Origin: an uncultured Dictyoglomota bacterium
GTDB taxonomy: Bacteria > Dictyoglomota > Dictyoglomia > Dictyoglomales > Dictyoglomaceae
Assembly: GCA_964654465.1 (NCBI GenBank)
Contig: CAZZIO010000033.1
Coordinates: 1-35,456, forward strand
Reading direction: 5' to 3'
Length of the DNA: 35,456 nucleotides
The translations under genes were made by a program, and so were the position numbers. Below, piece by piece: positions 34,939 to 35,456 of the stretch; the stretch's first letter is position 1; every line of letters starts with the position of its first letter. A model generated the notes under the pieces. That model worked only from the letters and a program-made list of their open reading frames with translations, did no database searches and was not told the origin of the DNA.

Positions 34939-35456
34939 ATGAAGAGATTTATTTTTCTATTGATAACTTTGATTTTGATAGGCCTACCTTTATTTGGACA
35001 AAGTAAAATAGAGATAGTCTACATGAGGTGGGGAGATCTAAAGGAAATAGAGATAGAGAAAAAGATAGTTGAATCTTTTAACCAATCCCAGAATAAGATC
35101 TTTGTAAGATTAGAATCGACAGCATGGGGAGCTTATTGGCAACAGCTACAAAATAGGATTGCTGCAGGAAATGCTCCTGATGTAATGCTTATAAGTGGAG
35201 CCTATTTCATCGACTTGGCCTCAAAAGGTGTATTTTTAGATATTACTGATTGGATGAATAAAGAGATAAATCTAAAAAACTATTATTATACTCCTGAGGT
35301 ATGTGAATGGAATGGCAAGAAGTATGCTATGGTAAGGGATATTACCATTGGAGGTGTAATGTATTACAACAAAGATTTATTTGACAAGTATAAGGTAAGA
35401 TATCCTGATTGGACATGGAACTGGAATAAATGGTTGGATGCAGCAAAAAAGTTAAC
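34939..35456 (+). CDS. CUT1 sugar ABC SBP, 5' part only; runs off the window
   Basis: Not in the ORF track. MKRFIFLLITLILIGLPLFGQSKIEIVYMRWGD...IAAGNAPDV...MYYNKDLFDK...PDWTWNW; SD AAGGGGG. Confidence 0.9.
   Translation, partial: MKRFIFLLITLILIGLPLFGQSKIEIVYMRWGDLKEIEIEKKIVESFNQSQNKIFVRLESTAWGAYWQQLQNRIAAGNAPDVMLISGAYFIDLASKGVFLDITDWMNKEINLKNYYYTPEVCEWNGKKYAMVRDITIGGVMYYNKDLFDKYKVRYPDWTWNWNKWLDAAKKL

Overview
AT-rich bacterial window dominated by carbohydrate uptake and catabolism. The Thermotoga-like homologues, substrate-binding proteins (SBPs) without lipoboxes and a probable outer-membrane barrel suggest a diderm thermophile such as Dictyoglomus (inference). From left to right: a partial GT2 gene; a PotABCD-like ABC operon with two single-base frameshifts; an eroded nitroreductase pseudogene; and a LacI-controlled locus that looks like a beta-1,2-glucan utilisation system. 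That locus has a stand-alone GH94 resembling the Cgs phosphorylase domain, a secreted 1172-aa GH144-like enzyme with three tandem unassigned CBM-like modules and a CBM9-like domain, and a sophorooligosaccharide-binding-protein-like SBP with two permeases. Next come a metallophosphoesterase, a DHA2 MFS pump, and an FN3-repeat lipoprotein plus putative beta-barrel behind a CRP/FNR-like site centred at -41.5. The right part holds an Opp-family oligosaccharide ABC operon with a GH2, a divergent EstA-like esterase and DUF4038/GH140-like gene, a nucleoside hydrolase, an Fe-ADH pseudogene, and the start of an amino-sugar operon (SIS protein and SBP) under phased DeoR-type repeats. I saw no rRNA, tRNA, CRISPR array or mobile element. 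All family assignments come from motif recognition by eye; no searches were run.
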